Shown here piece after piece: positions 38,987-42,094 of a DNA stretch of 42,094 bases. Source of the DNA: Nostoc sp. (GTDB lineage: Bacteria > Cyanobacteriota > Cyanobacteriia > Cyanobacteriales > Nostocaceae). How positions within the stretch are numbered: position 1 is the first letter of the stretch; each line of letters begins with the position of its first letter. The notes under the pieces were generated by a model. It did no database searches. It was not told the DNA's origin and saw nothing but the letters and a program-made list of their open reading frames with translations. A program made the position numbers and the translations under genes. The stretch covers positions 1 to 42,094 of the forward strand of contig JBALDB010000035.1 in NCBI GenBank assembly GCA_036918135.1. The letters run 5' to 3'.

Positions 38987-39964
38987 ATGAGCAATCCCCG
39001 TGTTTTGTGCCTTGGTGAAATTTTGTTTGATTGTTTAGCCGATCAATTGGGGCTAAAGCTGGAAGAAGTGAAATCCTGGACTCCCTACCCAGGAGGGGCA
39101 CCAGCTAATGTAGCCTGTGCTTTAGTCAAGCTGGGGACACCAACAGGCTTTATTGGAGCTGTTGGCGAAGATGAATCAGGAAATGCACTGGTGAAGCTAT
39201 TACAAAATGTGGGTGTAGAGACAACAGGAGTGCAAAGCCATCCTACAGCACCAACGCGGCAAGTTTATGTGACACGGGATCTAGCTGGCGATCGCACTTT
39301 CGCTGGATTTGGTGAGTATGATACCTCTGAATTTGCCGATACTCGCTTGCAAGCCAAACAATTGCCAAATTCGCTGTTTCAAGAGGCAGATTTTCTAGTT
39401 TTTGGTACTTTGGAATTAGCCTATCCTGAAAGCGAACAGGCAATTTACCGCGCCTTAAAACTAGCAGAACAATACGACTTGAAGATTGTGCTGGATGTCA
39501 ACTGGCGTCCTGTATTTTGGCACGATCCAAACATCGCTCATCAAAAAATTCCAGAATTATTTAATAAAGTCGATTTCCTCAAACTCTCCAAAGAAGAAGC
39601 GGAATGGTTATTTGAAACCACAGATCCGGGAGCCATCACTTACCGTCTCGGTTCTATTGAGGGAGTGCTAGTAACAGATGGAGAAAACGGTTGCAGTTAT
39701 TGTCTAGGCGAGAACGAAGGCAAATTACCCTCATTTTCTATGCCTGTAGTCGATACAACTGGTGCAGGCGATAGCTTTTTGGCAGGATTTATCCACCAAT
39801 TGATTCAGCATGGTATCCATAGCTTGCGCGATGCAGAAACGGCAAAACGCATTGTCACCTATGCTAGTGCTGTTGGAGCGCTGACTACCATTAAACCAGG
39901 TGCGATCGCCTCTCAACCTACAGCTGCCGAAGTCGAAGCTTTTTTAGCTACACATCAACTGTAG
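38987..39964 (+). CDS. PfkB family carbohydrate kinase (fructokinase-like)
   Basis: PGGAPANVA, DVNWRP and VDTTGAGDSF. Confidence 0.93.
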   Translation: MSNPRVLCLGEILFDCLADQLGLKLEEVKSWTPYPGGAPANVACALVKLGTPTGFIGAVGEDESGNALVKLLQNVGVETTGVQSHPTAPTRQVYVTRDLAGDRTFAGFGEYDTSEFADTRLQAKQLPNSLFQEADFLVFGTLELAYPESEQAIYRALKLAEQYDLKIVLDVNWRPVFWHDPNIAHQKIPELFNKVDFLKLSKEEAEWLFETTDPGAITYRLGSIEGVLVTDGENGCSYCLGENEGKLPSFSMPVVDTTGAGDSFLAGFIHQLIQHGIHSLRDAETAKRIVTYASAVGALTTIKPGAIASQPTAAEVEAFLATHQL

Positions 39965-40034
39965 GAATAAGCAAAAGTAGTGGGAATATTAGCTCCTAAA
40001 GGTTAATATTCCCAGCTAGAAAATAGATTGAAAT

Positions 40035-40808
40035 TTGAAATTAGAATTGATTATGATAGCCCAATTTAGTGAAAGCAAAGCATCAAATCAACTGATAATA
40101 ACCTGGGAAGCTTTACCCAAAGATTTTCAACTAGAGGATGAACCAGTGGACAATACAGGTCAGCCAATATTGGCTGGTGCTTTATGTGAAAGTTTAGAAA
40201 TTAGTGGCTTCATCCAACCCCAAATGTTAATCGCTTCCAACTTTGGATTGTGTGCAACTGTCAACGGACAACTAGTGATTAAAGCGCCAGATTGGGTGTA
40301 TGTACCAACAGTAAAAGAAGTTATTAGTAATCGCAAAAGTTACACACCAATTTTAGAAGGTGAAATTCCGCTCATTGTAATGGAATTTCTCTCTGATACT
40401 GACGGCGGAGAATATTCAGTTAAGCGCACTTATCCGCCAGGAAGATGGTTTTTTTACGAACAGATATTGCAAGTTCCTATTTATATAATTTTTGAGCAAA
40501 ATGGGGAATTATTAGAATATTATCAATTGGAAAATGGACGTTATGAATTAAAATTTCCAGACGAAAATGGTCGTCATTTAATAGATGAAATGGGCTTATT
40601 TTTGGGAACATGGCAAGGAACAAAAGAAGCTCATACTGGTTACTGGTTACGTTGGTGGGATAAAGATGAGAATTTGCTACCTTGGGCGGTGGAAAAAATT
40701 GAACAAGAACGTCAACGTGCTGAACAAGAACGTCAGCAAAAAGAAAGACTAATTACTTATTTGCAGTCCCAAGGTATTGACCCCAATAATTTGCCTCCTT
40801 TTGAATAA
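40035..40808 (+). CDS. Uma2 family PD-(D/E)XK endonuclease-like protein
   Basis: KAPDW, PLIVMEFLS, FFYEQILQVP, WLRWWD and an EQERQRA coiled-coil tail. Confidence 0.9.
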   Translation: MKLELIMIAQFSESKASNQLIITWEALPKDFQLEDEPVDNTGQPILAGALCESLEISGFIQPQMLIASNFGLCATVNGQLVIKAPDWVYVPTVKEVISNRKSYTPILEGEIPLIVMEFLSDTDGGEYSVKRTYPPGRWFFYEQILQVPIYIIFEQNGELLEYYQLENGRYELKFPDENGRHLIDEMGLFLGTWQGTKEAHTGYWLRWWDKDENLLPWAVEKIEQERQRAEQERQQKERLITYLQSQGIDPNNLPPFE

Positions 40809-40970
40809 AAATATTGTTAGGTTGTTAACTATTGACTGTTAACCGTCAACAGTCAACGCTAAATACCATCTTCTTTTAGCGGTAAGACTACTAAATGATA
40901 CTTTTCAAAGATGTTCTAATAGTAGTAATTGCTGTTAATTAGCGCCAAAATTGTATTCATCAGAGATTTT

Positions 40971-41654
40971 TCACCGTCGCCATAAAGTATCAACAGTTAC
41001 AAACTCATAGCCTTGTTGTAGCAGTTGGGGAATGAGAATTTTGATTGTGGCAGCAACATCTTGTCCACCGCAAGCACCATCATGCAAAACAATCAGCGAA
41101 CCATTTTTAACTTGCTGCATAACTCGTTTTACCACAGTAGTAACGCCTGGTCGCACCCAATCTTCTGGTACAACACTCCACATCACTGGGCGGTAATTCC
41201 ACTGTGAGAATAATTTTAAAGTAGCTGGTGTAAATAAACCATTGGGCGGACGGACATCCCGCACTTGTTCGGGTTGTAGGTTACAGGCATTGTAAATAGC
41301 AGCTTGGGTTTTTTCTAAACTCTCCTTGAGTTCATTTGGGGAAAGCAGCGGAAAAGAGCGATGATCGTACCCATGCAATCCGATCCAGTGTCCGCGATCG
41401 CTAACGGCTTTAGCAATGGCTGGCGAACGGTTAACGCAAACACCCAACCAAAAAAAACTAGCCGTAATATTGTAGCGGTCTAAAACTGCTAAAACTTCTG
41501 GTGTGTATTCAGGATGAGGCCCATCATCGAAGGTCAAAGCGATCGCTTTAGTATCGGGATTTCCAACCCAAAGGCAATTGGGAAAACTTGGCACAAGTAT
41601 GCGGTGGAAAATTGGAAATAGGGGAGCTAACTGCATTTTGCCTCGTGCTGACAA
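40971..41654 (-). CDS. NodB-type polysaccharide deacetylase (start probably ATG 41636)
   Basis: ALTFDDGP, GLHGYDH, RPPNG, EDW and IVLHDG. Confidence 0.93.
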   Translation of the reverse strand: MSARGKMQLAPLFPIFHRILVPSFPNCLWVGNPDTKAIALTFDDGPHPEYTPEVLAVLDRYNITASFFWLGVCVNRSPAIAKAVSDRGHWIGLHGYDHRSFPLLSPNELKESLEKTQAAIYNACNLQPEQVRDVRPPNGLFTPATLKLFSQWNYRPVMWSVVPEDWVRPGVTTVVKRVMQQVKNGSLIVLHDGACGGQDVAATIKILIPQLLQQGYEFVTVDTLWRR

Positions 41655-41794
41655 ATGTTTTGTAGATGTTACTGGCGAAACTGTGATGTCTGCGACTGGC
41701 TACGCCTAAGCTTCTGGCAATGATTCATATTTGATTCACTATGAACGTAGGAGACAGGAGCGAAAAGCTACTTTGTGAGCAGATTTTATTATAT

Positions 41795-42094
41795 TTAATT
41801 CTCTTGACCCACTTTAAATGATAATTTACCTTCCTCAGAACTCGGCGGTTGTTGTTCAGAACTCGGCGGTTTGTGTTCAGAACTAGACAGTTCGTGTTCG
41901 GAACTTGGCAGTTTGCGTTCGGAACTCCGCGATTCGCGTTCGGAACTCGACAGTTTGTGTTCAGAACTAGACAGTTTGTGTTCGGAACTCGACAGTTCTT
42001 GTTCGGAACTCGACAGTTCTTGTTTAGAACTCGGCGGTTCGTGTTCAGAACTCGGCGGTTCGTGTTCAGAACTCGGCAGTTCTTGTTCAAAACT
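41795..42094 (-). CDS. 3' end of a gene entering from beyond the window, with a 7-aa Ser/Glu-rich repeat tail
   Basis: Frame open from 42094 to TAA at 41795-41797: SFEQELP SSEHEPP SSEHEPP SSKQELS ... SSEQQPP SSEEGKLSFKVGQEN*. Confidence 0.45.
   Translation of the reverse strand, partial: SFEQELPSSEHEPPSSEHEPPSSKQELSSSEQELSSSEHKLSSSEHKLSSSERESRSSERKLPSSEHELSSSEHKPPSSEQQPPSSEEGKLSFKVGQEN
41836..42094. repeat. 21-bp tandem repeat, at least 12 copies, running off the window edge
   Basis: Consensus CRGAACTCGRCRGTTYGTGTT with no spacers; internal GAACT-n4-AGTTC palindrome in several units. Confidence 0.95.

Noticed and set aside
40035..40808. Uma2 as a defence system
   Set aside because: Solitary member of a family present in many copies in cyanobacteria; no partner genes nearby.
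41725..42090. 121-aa ORF of NTNRRVL/NCRVP repeats
   Set aside because: Likely a stop-free by-product of the repeat; another frame on the same strand is more protein-like.
41836..42094. CRISPR array
   Set aside because: Units are contiguous 21-mers with no unique spacers, and no cas genes are present.

Overview
42 kb of chromosome from a heterocyst-forming-type (Nostocales-like) cyanobacterium, judged from AT-rich intergenic DNA, abundant HIP1 octamers (GCGATCGC) and REP/STRR/MITE-type repeats. Most genes are housekeeping: M28 peptidase, dnaK(3)-dnaJ-J domain-DUF3143, ABA4-like, transketolase, mltA, pcxA, msrA, a Ser/Thr kinase, rfbB, a glycosyltransferase, pedR, a probable 6S RNA, a PfkB kinase, Uma2 and a polysaccharide deacetylase. 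The standout is an intact nine-gene minus-strand cluster (11118-21373) resembling a cyanobacterial MPF_C type IV secretion / mating-pair-formation machine (VirB2-, B3-, B4-, B5-, B6-like, two B8-like, B10- and B9-like). No relaxase, coupling protein, integrase or att site is visible, and its HIP1 density is host-like, so it is a candidate domesticated, non-conjugative T4SS. Upstream of it lie a perfect 18-bp hairpin, a decayed TnpB 3' end split by a MITE, and a solitary DING-like PstS with a candidate Pho box. Family assignments come from motif recognition by eye; no searches were run.
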